From an uncultured Hyphobacterium sp. (GTDB lineage: Bacteria; Bacteroidota; Bacteroidia; Cytophagales; CCMP332): a stretch of 32,000 nucleotides of DNA. Of this stretch, positions 18,801 through 26,491 are shown in pieces (the first letter of the stretch is position 1; the number at the start of each line of letters is the position of its first letter). The notes beneath the pieces were generated by a model. That model made no database searches. It was not told the origin of the DNA and worked only from the letters and a program-made list of their open reading frames with translations. The position numbers and the translations under genes are program-made. The stretch lies in assembly GCA_964351965.1 (NCBI GenBank), contig CAYGPM010000012.1, positions 46,827 through 78,826 of the forward strand, in the 5' to 3' direction.

Positions 18801-19899
18801 GAAACTCATTTTGGCACAATGAGTTTGGGTGGCCAGAATTTAGTGAAACAACTAAAGGATAAGGGTCAGATATGCAATCACTGACAGTAATTATCATATC
18901 TACAAAAACACTTCCAATGAGTTCTTTCGTTCCGTCATTGTCTATATCTCTATATTCTTTGATCCAAACGCCAACCGTATACAAACCCTCAGGCGTGTCT
19001 GGAATAAATGATATTTCACCAGTTACCTCATCAATATCAAAATGCTCATTCGCGTTTATTCCGGGTATTTGGACAAGGTTCGAATAACCAGGCTGCCAAC
19101 TTGTGGGACTGAATTTTGTATTAGGATCAATAAAGGGGCTTGATACTGGGGAGGTGCTTCCAGGCAATAGATTAAAACCACTTTTTGGAGCGTTCAGTGC
19201 AAAAGCCATTGAATCTCCATCGAAATCTGTAAAGTTGTTTGACAATGCCTTTGTTGTCTGATCGCAAGTTATTTCTTGTGCCAGCTGCATCGGGTTCAAG
19301 ACGAATGGAGGATTGTTGTAGTTTGTATTGTATGAAATTCCATTTTTTGCTAATACTAAACCAGACCAAGAAATGTACAGGTTAATATTATCAGTAGAGG
19401 AGCTTATGTTTTGAGTATTTTTTCTTTTAGCACCTTTAAAAGAAATGATCCAACCAGACGTGTCCTGATCTGTATAGCTTCTAGCTACAAAATAATTTAC
19501 CATTTGAAGAGGGGGTCTATTAACCGTTGTGTCACAGGGGTGGGCTGGTCTGAAATAGTTTGTGGTTAATTTCCAAATAGATTCTTTTTTTATAATTCGA
19601 TTAGAGCCATCTGCCGAAGAAAAAACAATACTCGTATCCATTTTAGCAGGAGTGGTTACCCCAGAATCCATTACTAAATGTAGGTACATATGATATCTAT
19701 CAGCTGAAACATGTCTAAAACCAATATGCCCACCATAAATGCTATCAAAGTGAATGGTTTGGCTTTCTGCTTTTCCAACTGATATTATTGTTATTATGAT
19801 GAAAAAAAATGAAATGATAAAAGTTTGTTTATACAACCAAAACAAACGTGCAAATAGACAAGTAGATAGTTTAAAAGGATTACAAGGACATGGCTCCAT
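15874..19899 (-). CDS. very large secreted T9SS cargo / surface protein
   Basis: 1341 aa with a hydrophobic N-terminus. The C-terminal RLFPNPADRTVTLSS...SGMYLIKV...KLMIE is a T9SS CTD. Its stop overlaps the next gene's start (ATGA). Confidence 0.8.
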   Translation of the reverse strand: MEPCPCNPFKLSTCLFARLFWLYKQTFIISFFFIIITIISVGKAESQTIHFDSIYGGHIGFRHVSADRYHMYLHLVMDSGVTTPAKMDTSIVFSSADGSNRIIKKESIWKLTTNYFRPAHPCDTTVNRPPLQMVNYFVARSYTDQDTSGWIISFKGAKRKNTQNISSSTDNINLYISWSGLVLAKNGISYNTNYNNPPFVLNPMQLAQEITCDQTTKALSNNFTDFDGDSMAFALNAPKSGFNLLPGSTSPVSSPFIDPNTKFSPTSWQPGYSNLVQIPGINANEHFDIDEVTGEISFIPDTPEGLYTVGVWIKEYRDIDNDGTKELIGSVFVDMIITVSDCISDPYPLVVSLNSGHPNSLCQNEFLLRTNFSGNTNYQHKWYLGYPSNGNAPISLDSTLLISGYDSASFWYYVEVINKNDTCDIGIQSTFIIFKGMNTNISSTGPNTIICNPSGGGLSTGFPTLTLDSSSNYSNHSFQWNFTNDNGHTSQVPFASTNQLIAKHPGDFFLVTTDLSTGCLDTSNVITITSAYAQEPFTLSLSGDTAYCPGEPLNNTFVISPTINQPKSPPYYTFEVYNGNTNTGSTLSSINGDGNYWVIITNPAGCIYYTDTLLVDIDTLPLPTDTIQITSSTANDIYCQYSGIQITNSSYPSSATHTLFINGISQGTIFDASGIHNLSLTITGWNDVVVLSTLGNGCFDTTINYRAYVVPEGCCSGISSMELLYGEIDPQFVYDQNYLVVEDLNTAVQRYYELRGDFHFMGDAYHYDSPTKGGEATGPNINLNDSVTMRIQVSSFVAQCDTMWGGIQLNKEATLIYEGNYMQDSYKGIRPDQDFNDAPIQDDANIYQGYNNEFHNNYISVSYYNIKDLPGSADVIFGEFSCETTDMLFPYDYASNEAYSSSYKAIDIYQGSSNSVHSIFPKNWTYGDVSGSYSVDSMIYISDHVYGVYFNENAHIDTLALTWVIRPKVAGIYAAENVDQLVLGYDSIELKSWTTADWQQEAEYDFLGVDTKLFGVYMDNWELRMEGVTVTGDGNSFAVSEPLNHSIGVSSNAITSADSIGLRLLDYGYQLREGSTGLSLLESRMEENVIAIHIPQDVNTDISMNCTNFVKSSNTDFFQYGIYVEAGGAITDDIGGSGAVFPPAGNGWPADSTNGYPDSTNGGSAPNVFNWDPPIRWYSIYDANADEETSGVGWNYWRYQNEWLGEDSTKHWGTDAVYPSELVRVAAQSQNPPSYPCIRVLDIPFPLSRIAGGFGRSFSKGNIRLFPNPADRTVTLSSSYDKADLASCQVLNSMGIVMAEFELEESGETQLDVSALSSGMYLIKVMYADGTVLEIQKLMIE

Positions 19900-20144
19900 T
19901 ATATATAGGTTTAGTGTTACACATTTTATTGCGTTGCAATTGATTTGGATAGCACTACTCCTAATATATTGATATTAAGGAGAAAGAGGGATCGAGAAAC
20001 ATTCTTATCCCAGTAATTAACAATTTATGAAATATTTTGGAAACAAGAGGAGATTCCTACATTATTATTTTGCACAATGATTACACGCCTTCCTTTTTTT
20101 ACTTTTCCGGTCTCTAGGCCTTATATATTATTTATTGAATACAA

Positions 20145-20669
20145 TTAATTCAATTTGGAATATCTGATGATTAAATCACCGAGCCTTATTGCTCCTGACT
20201 TGATTTGATTTTCCCAGCCCTCATTGTTTAATGGGTTCTCAATTAGGTTTATTGAATGCCAAGGCAACTTTGCAATTTCCGATGTATCTGTATTTAACTG
20301 GTTGGTAAAAAATACTGCCTCGACATTATAATATCGAGCCTTGAGGTTGTTGATCATTTCGCTTATGTCGTTTATAGAGCCCCCATGCACATGCGATGAT
20401 AATACACAGACATCAGCATCTTTGAAGAAGACATCAAAATAATTTTGAATTGATTTATAGTCTCCTAGTTTTTCTTGGATGCTTCTGTTAATAGTAAAAA
20501 GTGTCTTCAATTTCCGAGGGGATTCTGGATGATTGATGTGGTGTACTAAGTTTGTGTTTAATTTATTAAATTTATCTATACCACATAAGTGAAGAATTAG
20601 GTATTTCTGAAAGGTTGTCTTTCCGGTACAGTCGTCGCCAATTAGAATGAATGCTGTCCTTTTAATCAT
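20145..20669 (-). CDS. small P-loop NTPase-like protein
   Basis: Walker A-like GDDCTGKTT at residues 11-19. 174 aa. Confidence 0.55.
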   Translation of the reverse strand: MIKRTAFILIGDDCTGKTTFQKYLILHLCGIDKFNKLNTNLVHHINHPESPRKLKTLFTINRSIQEKLGDYKSIQNYFDVFFKDADVCVLSSHVHGGSINDISEMINNLKARYYNVEAVFFTNQLNTDTSEIAKLPWHSINLIENPLNNEGWENQIKSGAIRLGDLIIRYSKLN

Positions 20670-20723
20670 AATAATAAATTTTATAGAGTAATAGAAGCGC
20701 CCTCTAAGACTCAGTCCATGTTA

Positions 20724-20975
20724 TTAGAGCAATTCAATTGCCTCTTTTAAAGATTTTTGTTGTTCATAAGTCATAGCATTGATAGACGCCCTAAACTCAC
20801 TTTCACCACCCTTGGCCTCATAAGTTCGGCAAGAATCTATTATAGAGCGAACCATTACCCATTTGTGTTCGGGCACTTCATGCTGATCCAACATGTCTAA
20901 TTCATAAACAGCATTGGCAAGCTGTTGATCAAGGTCTCCACGAATGCTAAGTTCGCTTTTAGCTTTTTCTTTCAA
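20724..20975 (-). CDS. hypothetical small protein
   Basis: 83-aa ORF whose listed start is TTG. The frame stays open upstream into the repeat at 21055-21119 without an ATG. Confidence 0.35.
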   Translation of the reverse strand: MKEKAKSELSIRGDLDQQLANAVYELDMLDQHEVPEHKWVMVRSIIDSCRTYEAKGGESEFRASINAMTYEQQKSLKEAIELL

Positions 20976-21054
20976 ATCTCTAAATCTTCTGAATGTTGGC
21001 CACGTAGCTGGTGAATTTGTTTGTTGTTTGCTTATTTTCTGTTTTCTTGTTTCA

Positions 21055-21119
21055 TCTGCTCAAACCTCTTAGCTACAGTGGTTGCCTCGACCGTTTTGCT
21101 TGCTTCAATGCAGAGAACC
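21055..21119. repeat. 65-nt repeat, copy A
   Basis: 52 of 65 positions are identical to 22472-22536, with no gaps. It abuts the stop codon of the 87-aa ORF. Confidence 0.8.
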
Positions 21120-21383
21120 TCAAACTTTAATATCAACAATTAATTTATCAAATTGATTTAATAAATCCGAATCGATTAGACCGGGTTCCATTTGCCGTCC
21201 TTCTTTAATTAGAGATTTCAGAACCTTTTTAATTTCCTTTAGTTCAGTGGGGCTTTTACGTATTAAAAAAAAGAGCTCATCGAGCAGCTGCCCAATAGCT
21301 CTGGTGTCTGCAGGATGCAAACTGTTGATCGCATAATTGAGCTTAAGTAATAGGGATTCGATTCTATCAATCATAGATTTCAT
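21120..21383 (-). CDS. hypothetical small helical protein
   Basis: 87-aa ORF, 28 nt downstream of the PD-(D/E)xK gene on the same strand. Confidence 0.45.
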   Translation of the reverse strand: MKSMIDRIESLLLKLNYAINSLHPADTRAIGQLLDELFFLIRKSPTELKEIKKVLKSLIKEGRQMEPGLIDSDLLNQFDKLIVDIKV

Positions 21384-21411
21384 CTAAATTTTACGAACCT
21401 ATTAGTCTTTA

Positions 21412-22419
21412 TTATTTGTTCCAAACCTCAAGACCAGATTCATTCATAAATTTTTCGAAAAACTCAAATGAAGAATTAAACCAGTCTAAAATATCCCTTT
21501 CTGGATCCTCTTTATTGAGTAAAGTTGATAGTTCGCGCTCCAACCAGAACGAAGTTGCATAATCCAATTTGTCCATTGTCAACTCTGCATATTTTTCTGC
21601 TATCTTGACAACGCTGTCATGGTGTTCATTTTTTTTCTCCAGATAGACACCGACATAAATCGATGAATTTTCAAAATACATTCCATATGATAATTCAGAC
21701 GAACCCTTGCCTTCAACAATATTGTTTACATAGTAAACAAATATATTTTCATTCATGATCTGGGAAGTTGATTTGCCATTACTGACTTTATTTATTTTAC
21801 AAAACTTTTGTTCAAAATTGGGCCTAGCCGAATCTAAATATTCACTACACTTATAAAGCACTTCCTGTATGTTTTCAAAGACCATGAAGTCTTTCGTGTA
21901 TAATGTTGTGTCCTTTGCCATATCGTATGTTATTAAAAATTCTAAAAAGTCCGAAACCATTGCCTCACTTTCAAATTGTGTTAAAAAATGATGCAAATCA
22001 AGCCACCTGTGCTGTTTGAAGTTGTGGCTATTAATTTCTTTTATATCAGTATACTTTGTACAATAATGAAGTGTTGCATTGAGCCCTTTTTGGCTAAAAT
22101 AATCCAAGGCCAAACTATATCGTTCCAATTGACGGTACCCCTCTGAAGAGTTCACTTTATTTTCTATGAAACAAATGTTACTGGATCCTTCAATTACCAT
22201 GTCTATGATACAATCAATATCATTATCTAAAGTGTATTTCTTTTGAGTTCTAATGCTGTAATCATCCTCTGGAAGACTTAAGAATTCAAACAGGTATTCT
22301 TTTTTTATTTCGTTGTTGCTTTCTAAAAGTCCCGCAAGAGCTTCGGTTGCAAAATCTTCTAAAGGAGTTTTTCCAGAATTTACATTTTTTGAATACAGTT
22401 CCACTAATCTTTCTAGCAT
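21412..22419 (-). CDS. PD-(D/E)xK-type nuclease-like protein
   Basis: DCIIDMVIEGSSNICFIENKV gives the D...ExK arrangement, followed by QLERY. The N-terminal EDFATEALAGLL is typical of this class. Confidence 0.55.
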   Translation of the reverse strand: MLERLVELYSKNVNSGKTPLEDFATEALAGLLESNNEIKKEYLFEFLSLPEDDYSIRTQKKYTLDNDIDCIIDMVIEGSSNICFIENKVNSSEGYRQLERYSLALDYFSQKGLNATLHYCTKYTDIKEINSHNFKQHRWLDLHHFLTQFESEAMVSDFLEFLITYDMAKDTTLYTKDFMVFENIQEVLYKCSEYLDSARPNFEQKFCKINKVSNGKSTSQIMNENIFVYYVNNIVEGKGSSELSYGMYFENSSIYVGVYLEKKNEHHDSVVKIAEKYAELTMDKLDYATSFWLERELSTLLNKEDPERDILDWFNSSFEFFEKFMNESGLEVWNK

Positions 22420-22471
22420 CTGCTATCAATAATAGATTTAATTATAACTGATAATTGCCTTTCTTTATTCT

Positions 22472-22536
22472 TCTGCTCAAAAGCTTCAGCTACAGTGGTT
22501 GCCTCAGCAGTTTTGCTTGTCTCATTTCAGAGAGCC
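22472..22536. repeat. 65-nt repeat, copy B
   Basis: See copy A. It lies 52 nt upstream (minus strand) of the PD-(D/E)xK gene start. Confidence 0.8.
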
Positions 22537-22673
22537 AATAATAATTTGTACCAGTAAAACTAATTATAGTTTATTAATGAATTCTTGCTCGACCCGGCGG
22601 AAGGGTAGCTACACAATTGGCCAGGCAATTGTCACATTCTATTTCGAGCGGCGTCATAGGGTCTAATACCAAA

Positions 22674-22749
22674 GAGCCGTATGATGGGAGACTATCACGT
22701 ACGGTTCTATGAGAGGTTTAGGGGTGAGATTCCACTTTACCTACTCGAC
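22674..22749 (+). mobile_element. group II intron 3' remnant: domain V (22674-22707) and domain VI (22711-22746)
   Basis: GAGCCGTATGATGGGAGACTATCACGTACGGTTC is a 34-nt domain V hairpin with the canonical GAGCCGUAU...ACGUACGGUUC arms. It is followed by GAGAGGT...ACCT-A-CTC, a helix with a bulged A at 22743, 6 nt before a terminal AC at 22749. No reverse transcriptase ORF and no GUGYG 5' end are present. Confidence 0.8.
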
Positions 22750-23535
22750 TTATATTCTCATTTCAGTTTCAGACATTTTTGGTTCAGGCAATTTAAGTTT
22801 ACTGCAAAGCCCTTTAATATTCTCAAATTTCCAACGCTCCATTTCTGGATGACAAATAATCTCAATCAGTTCAATAAAGTTTTTTGTAATGTTATATCTA
22901 AAGAACTCTGGATTTGAGTCGGCATTGGAGGTAGGTGTAGCTATTAGAAACCGAAATTCTTTCTCATAATCATAAGCAACATCTTTTTTAAATGAACTGT
23001 ACTTAGGAAGTGTTTTCTTTTCAAATGGGTCAAATGGATTAAGCTTTAGATATGTTATACTTCCACAAATAAATTCGTTCTTTGGGTAGAAATGCGGCTG
23101 TAGTTCAAGATTTCTCTTGAAATAGTCTATCAAGTCTCTTGCGTTAGCTTTGATGGCAACACTGTTGCGGTTTGAGTACAAGTTCCACATTGCCACTGAT
23201 TCGCGCTGGGATTTAATCCAACAATTGATAAACTGAGTTCTCTGTTTCAGCGAAGATTCCGCTTCATAATTCTTCAGAGTCTTTTTATTGTTGCTATTGT
23301 GTTTGTCTCTGATTTTTTTGTCGATAGCAGGATTAGTCATGTTAGACTTTTGGGCAAAATATCGTTCTGCTATCAACTTGTATGTCACTCCTTCAAAAGG
23401 GTCTGAGAATTTATCAGTTCTTGTAAAGTGCAATTCCTGTGTGTTAGATAGGTCAATTAGCTTGTGTAAGTCAACATATCTCCAAAGCAAGTCTCCCTCT
23501 TTAAGTTTTGATTTTGATATTTCCTTAAATCTCAC
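22750..23535 (-). CDS. DUF2971-like protein
   Basis: The N-terminal LWRYVDLHKLIDLSNTQELHFTRTDKFSDPFEG fits the DUF2971 signature (Y..l..l..il....l.fs....fnDP.E). Confidence 0.6.
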   Translation of the reverse strand: MRFKEISKSKLKEGDLLWRYVDLHKLIDLSNTQELHFTRTDKFSDPFEGVTYKLIAERYFAQKSNMTNPAIDKKIRDKHNSNNKKTLKNYEAESSLKQRTQFINCWIKSQRESVAMWNLYSNRNSVAIKANARDLIDYFKRNLELQPHFYPKNEFICGSITYLKLNPFDPFEKKTLPKYSSFKKDVAYDYEKEFRFLIATPTSNADSNPEFFRYNITKNFIELIEIICHPEMERWKFENIKGLCSKLKLPEPKMSETEMRI

Positions 23536-23885
23536 AGGTAAGTAATCATTGAAGCATTAGCAATAAGTTTGTTTTTAATCTCGTCCTCTTTACATGCCAT
23601 GATCTTGTTGTAAATAAGTTTCATAGCCTTTTTGGGAAGAGTGTACAGGTGGCCCTTGTTTATTTTAGAATATACTGCTCCGGTATATAAGTCAAGTTTT
23701 TCGGGTGCATCGACTCTGTCTGCATGGGGGTCACTTGGAAATATCGTGTCTGGGTCGTATTTGTTGATTTTCCAAATTCCGTTGTGCTTGACCACTTTTT
23801 CAAGTAGTATTTGTTGTCCATCTTGGGTAATTTCCGCAAAGTCGGGAAGTTGAAATTCAAGTAATGGTTGTGCTTTCTTGTCCAT
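23532..23885 (-). CDS. hypothetical protein
   Basis: 117 aa. Its stop overlaps the DUF2971 start by 4 nt. Confidence 0.5.
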   Translation of the reverse strand: MDKKAQPLLEFQLPDFAEITQDGQQILLEKVVKHNGIWKINKYDPDTIFPSDPHADRVDAPEKLDLYTGAVYSKINKGHLYTLPKKAMKLIYNKIMACKEDEIKNKLIANASMITYL

Positions 23886-23889
23886 GGGG

Positions 23890-24219
23890 CTAAAAGTTTA
23901 TGGTAGCTAAATACCAGTCATTTTCCATTGTGTCATAGGTGATATGACCGTCATTTAGATATGTCAGGAGCACGATATAGTCCCATTGTTGGCTGTCTGT
24001 TGTTGTCTGCATTTGCCAAAGTGCTTTAAAAATCTCTTGCTTATTGAGTAAAGGAGGGAAATTGACTGTCTGATGTCGTTCTATGAAGTCTTTGATGTCT
24101 TGGTTGTCCAAGTTCACTTGGTTAGCCTGTGCAGTAAATTCGATTGATTGTCGCTGTCGAACAATGTCTTTAATTTCTTTGTATGTTATTCCGTTTCCAA
24201 GTTGTTTTTGTGTCTGCAT
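23890..24219 (-). CDS. hypothetical protein
   Basis: 109 aa, ending 4 nt before the next start. First gene of a tight three-gene operon. Confidence 0.5.
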   Translation of the reverse strand: MQTQKQLGNGITYKEIKDIVRQRQSIEFTAQANQVNLDNQDIKDFIERHQTVNFPPLLNKQEIFKALWQMQTTTDSQQWDYIVLLTYLNDGHITYDTMENDWYLATINF

Positions 24220-24237
24220 GATTGTCTTTTTAAAATT

Positions 24238-24369
24238 GCTGCCAGCGCTCGGCTATGGCAAGTGGCAGTTTTTGAAAAACGTTTCTGTCCACCGTAACCG
24301 AACGTAATAGCAAGATAAATATTTCGTTAACACTTTCGCCCGCCATTGGCCATAGCTATTGTTGGCAGC
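24238..24369. repeat. attC-like imperfect palindrome E1
   Basis: GCTGCCAGC (24238-46), 5-nt spacer, GCTATGGC (24252-59), variable centre, GCCATAGC (24349-56), 4-nt spacer, GTTGGCAGC (24361-69). It lies 7 nt after the stop of the 698-aa gene and 18 nt before the next ATG. Confidence 0.6.
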
Positions 24370-24376
24370 TGTATTT

Positions 24377-26473
24377 TTATTCTCTTCTTTTCTTTCGTTT
24401 CTCTTTTTTTTGCTCCAGTTTCTCAATCATTCTATGATATTCATTTATAGGATAACCCTTTACGAGTTTGAAGTTTTTGTCAAATAATGGGTCAATGATT
24501 GGCACCATATCGTCACCAAAGATCATTCTCATGTAGTTGTCAAAGTCTTTATCACTTTTTATGATTTTTAATTCCACCTCATTTAATTCAATACCAAACT
24601 GAGCCCAGTTGTTAAGTAAGTCTTTGAATTGTAATGGGTCTGAAACTATTGGTACGACATTACCGAGATTAACTATTGTTTCAGTGTCTTTATCACGTAC
24701 AAGGCATAATGGAGCGTAATAAAATATATCTAAGTCAAAAACTTTGGCAATAAGTTTACTGTACTTAGTGATTTCAGCGGATTTTATTTCGAGAATTACC
24801 TCATCAGTCTTTTTAATCTTTAATAACTCTGAATAAGAAGCAGTAATTTTACTTATGGACAACACACACATTGGGTCATTCATTTCAACATGTCTTTTCT
24901 GTGTCTCCTTAAATAATTCTAGGTACTCCTCTGCTTGAAGCTTATTTACTCTTTCAATCTTACTTCTTTCATAAGCATATGATGTGGAGCCATCCTCAAG
25001 ATTAAATTTTATACAATAACTGTAGTCGTTGTCATACTCCTCCTTCGAATTCCATGATATGACAGGCGTCCTCCCATGAAAGAGTTGTGGTTTTGCTTTT
25101 AACGAATTCAACATCCCTTGGCCTTTCATGAGTAGGGTAATCCACAATTTAAAATCAAAGGATTTCAAAAAGCTCTCTATTTCTTTTCTGGGAATTTGAA
25201 CTGTTCCTAGTATCCGGTCAATTGACCTTAAACAGGTCTTATGAACATTTCCAATGGCGGCAATTGTCTCTTTATCTTCAATTTCAACTAGTAATGCGTC
25301 TGAATCGCCAATTTGTTTCCCACAGTGAAGGCATAACTCAGGACTTTTATTACTCTTCACAAGAAATTCCAGATGTTCCTTGTGTAGCTTGGCACAAGCA
25401 GACTCTTCTATTGACTCAATCTCTCCAGCTGGGATTATTGCAATTCTTTTATCCTTGTACAAATCTTGGTATTCCTCCATGTACCTATCCAGTCCAGCCA
25501 TAGTTGCAAATCTCTGCACGACTTTCCATTCATCACCATTTCCTATCTTTATCTTACTGTTGTAGAACGTATTCTTAACTTGACAATCATCCTTGAATCT
25601 ATATAACTCGACAATCATAAAATCTAATTTGTCGAAGAATGATTCAATGAGAAGAACCTCCTTTCCTACAGAAAGTTCACCTTGAGAGATAACTTCAGTT
25701 TGCAAAAAGCTAGGGGTACGATCACTCTCCTTATCATCGTCTAAATATTTGTTGAAGATGTCAGCAACTTTCTGCTTATCTATCGAGAGCCTGCGAGAAG
25801 AATAGATTAAGGAATTCTTTATTAGAACTGCCCAAATCGTCTGAGGGCGTTTAAACCCAATGCTTTTTAAAAGCATAAATGATGCAATCTCCACGGTGTG
25901 TCCAGTTTCAGCATCTATAACTCCAATAAAAATTCTTTTTGCGAATAATTTAAATATGTCGGATGAAGGTTTTAATTTAATTGCCTCCTCATATATTTTA
26001 TTAAAAACCATCTCGAACTTCTGAAGAGTATCTTTCTCAGATTCGTTCAAAGGATTTTCGTCAAATGCATCTTCATTTAATCGAATAGATAAAACAATTT
26101 TCTTTAAATCATTAGTGATTTTGCTTGAAGCATCACTTGTAGTAATTAGACCAAAATAATGTTTCGTATTTTCGTTTTTGATGAATTCCTCAACAAACTG
26201 TTTTACTGTTTTATAAAACTCACTTGTCTCTCTGGTTGAAAGAGTCAAGCTTCTTTTTATCTGTAGAAAGACTATTTTTTCATTTCTACATAATAAGTTG
26301 ATGTCGTCAATAGCTCTACCTGTTTCAAAATATATCTTTTCAATAAGGAGTTCCTCATCTATCTGATCAAAATACGCTGAGATGTCAAATTGCGTATATT
26401 GGTTAATTAAACACCAAGCAGCAATTCGTTGTTGATAATCTATTCCGGAATTTGTTGCTTGTCCTCCTGTCAT
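24377..26473 (-). CDS. DUF4297/Cap4-like nuclease-domain protein with a large uncharacterised C-terminal region
   Basis: The start is taken at the ATG at 26473 (MTGGQATNSGIDYQQR...). GG....G.DYQ followed by FETGRAIDDINLL...VFLQIKRS (E, DD, QxK) resembles the DUF4297 PD-(D/E)xK fold. There is a CxxC...HxxC pair in the middle of the protein. Confidence 0.55.
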   Translation of the reverse strand: MTGGQATNSGIDYQQRIAAWCLINQYTQFDISAYFDQIDEELLIEKIYFETGRAIDDINLLCRNEKIVFLQIKRSLTLSTRETSEFYKTVKQFVEEFIKNENTKHYFGLITTSDASSKITNDLKKIVLSIRLNEDAFDENPLNESEKDTLQKFEMVFNKIYEEAIKLKPSSDIFKLFAKRIFIGVIDAETGHTVEIASFMLLKSIGFKRPQTIWAVLIKNSLIYSSRRLSIDKQKVADIFNKYLDDDKESDRTPSFLQTEVISQGELSVGKEVLLIESFFDKLDFMIVELYRFKDDCQVKNTFYNSKIKIGNGDEWKVVQRFATMAGLDRYMEEYQDLYKDKRIAIIPAGEIESIEESACAKLHKEHLEFLVKSNKSPELCLHCGKQIGDSDALLVEIEDKETIAAIGNVHKTCLRSIDRILGTVQIPRKEIESFLKSFDFKLWITLLMKGQGMLNSLKAKPQLFHGRTPVISWNSKEEYDNDYSYCIKFNLEDGSTSYAYERSKIERVNKLQAEEYLELFKETQKRHVEMNDPMCVLSISKITASYSELLKIKKTDEVILEIKSAEITKYSKLIAKVFDLDIFYYAPLCLVRDKDTETIVNLGNVVPIVSDPLQFKDLLNNWAQFGIELNEVELKIIKSDKDFDNYMRMIFGDDMVPIIDPLFDKNFKLVKGYPINEYHRMIEKLEQKKEKRKKRRE

Positions 26474-26491
26474 TTTGAAAAATGTGTTCGT

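Noticed and set aside
21055-21119. Possibility that the 65-nt repeats are a second kind of attC site
   Set aside because: I found no conserved terminal inverted repeats or CCAAC/GTTGG boxes common to both copies. Only copy A has a nearby partial partner (CCACGTAGCT at 21000-21009 against AGCTACAGTGG at 21071-21081).
21412-22749. A complete group II intron hosting the 335-aa and 87-aa ORFs
   Set aside because: Those ORFs are on the opposite strand and are not reverse transcriptases. No GUGYG 5' end or recognisable domains I-III are present.
22681-22917. Listed 78-aa plus-strand ORF (MMGDYHVRFYERF...)
   Set aside because: It is a translation of intron domains V/VI and then runs antisense through the DUF2971 gene.
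24230-24346. 38-codon minus-strand ORF spanning the centre of attC-like element E1
   Set aside because: No equivalent ORF exists in E2 or E3. It was read by eye only and is probably fortuitous.
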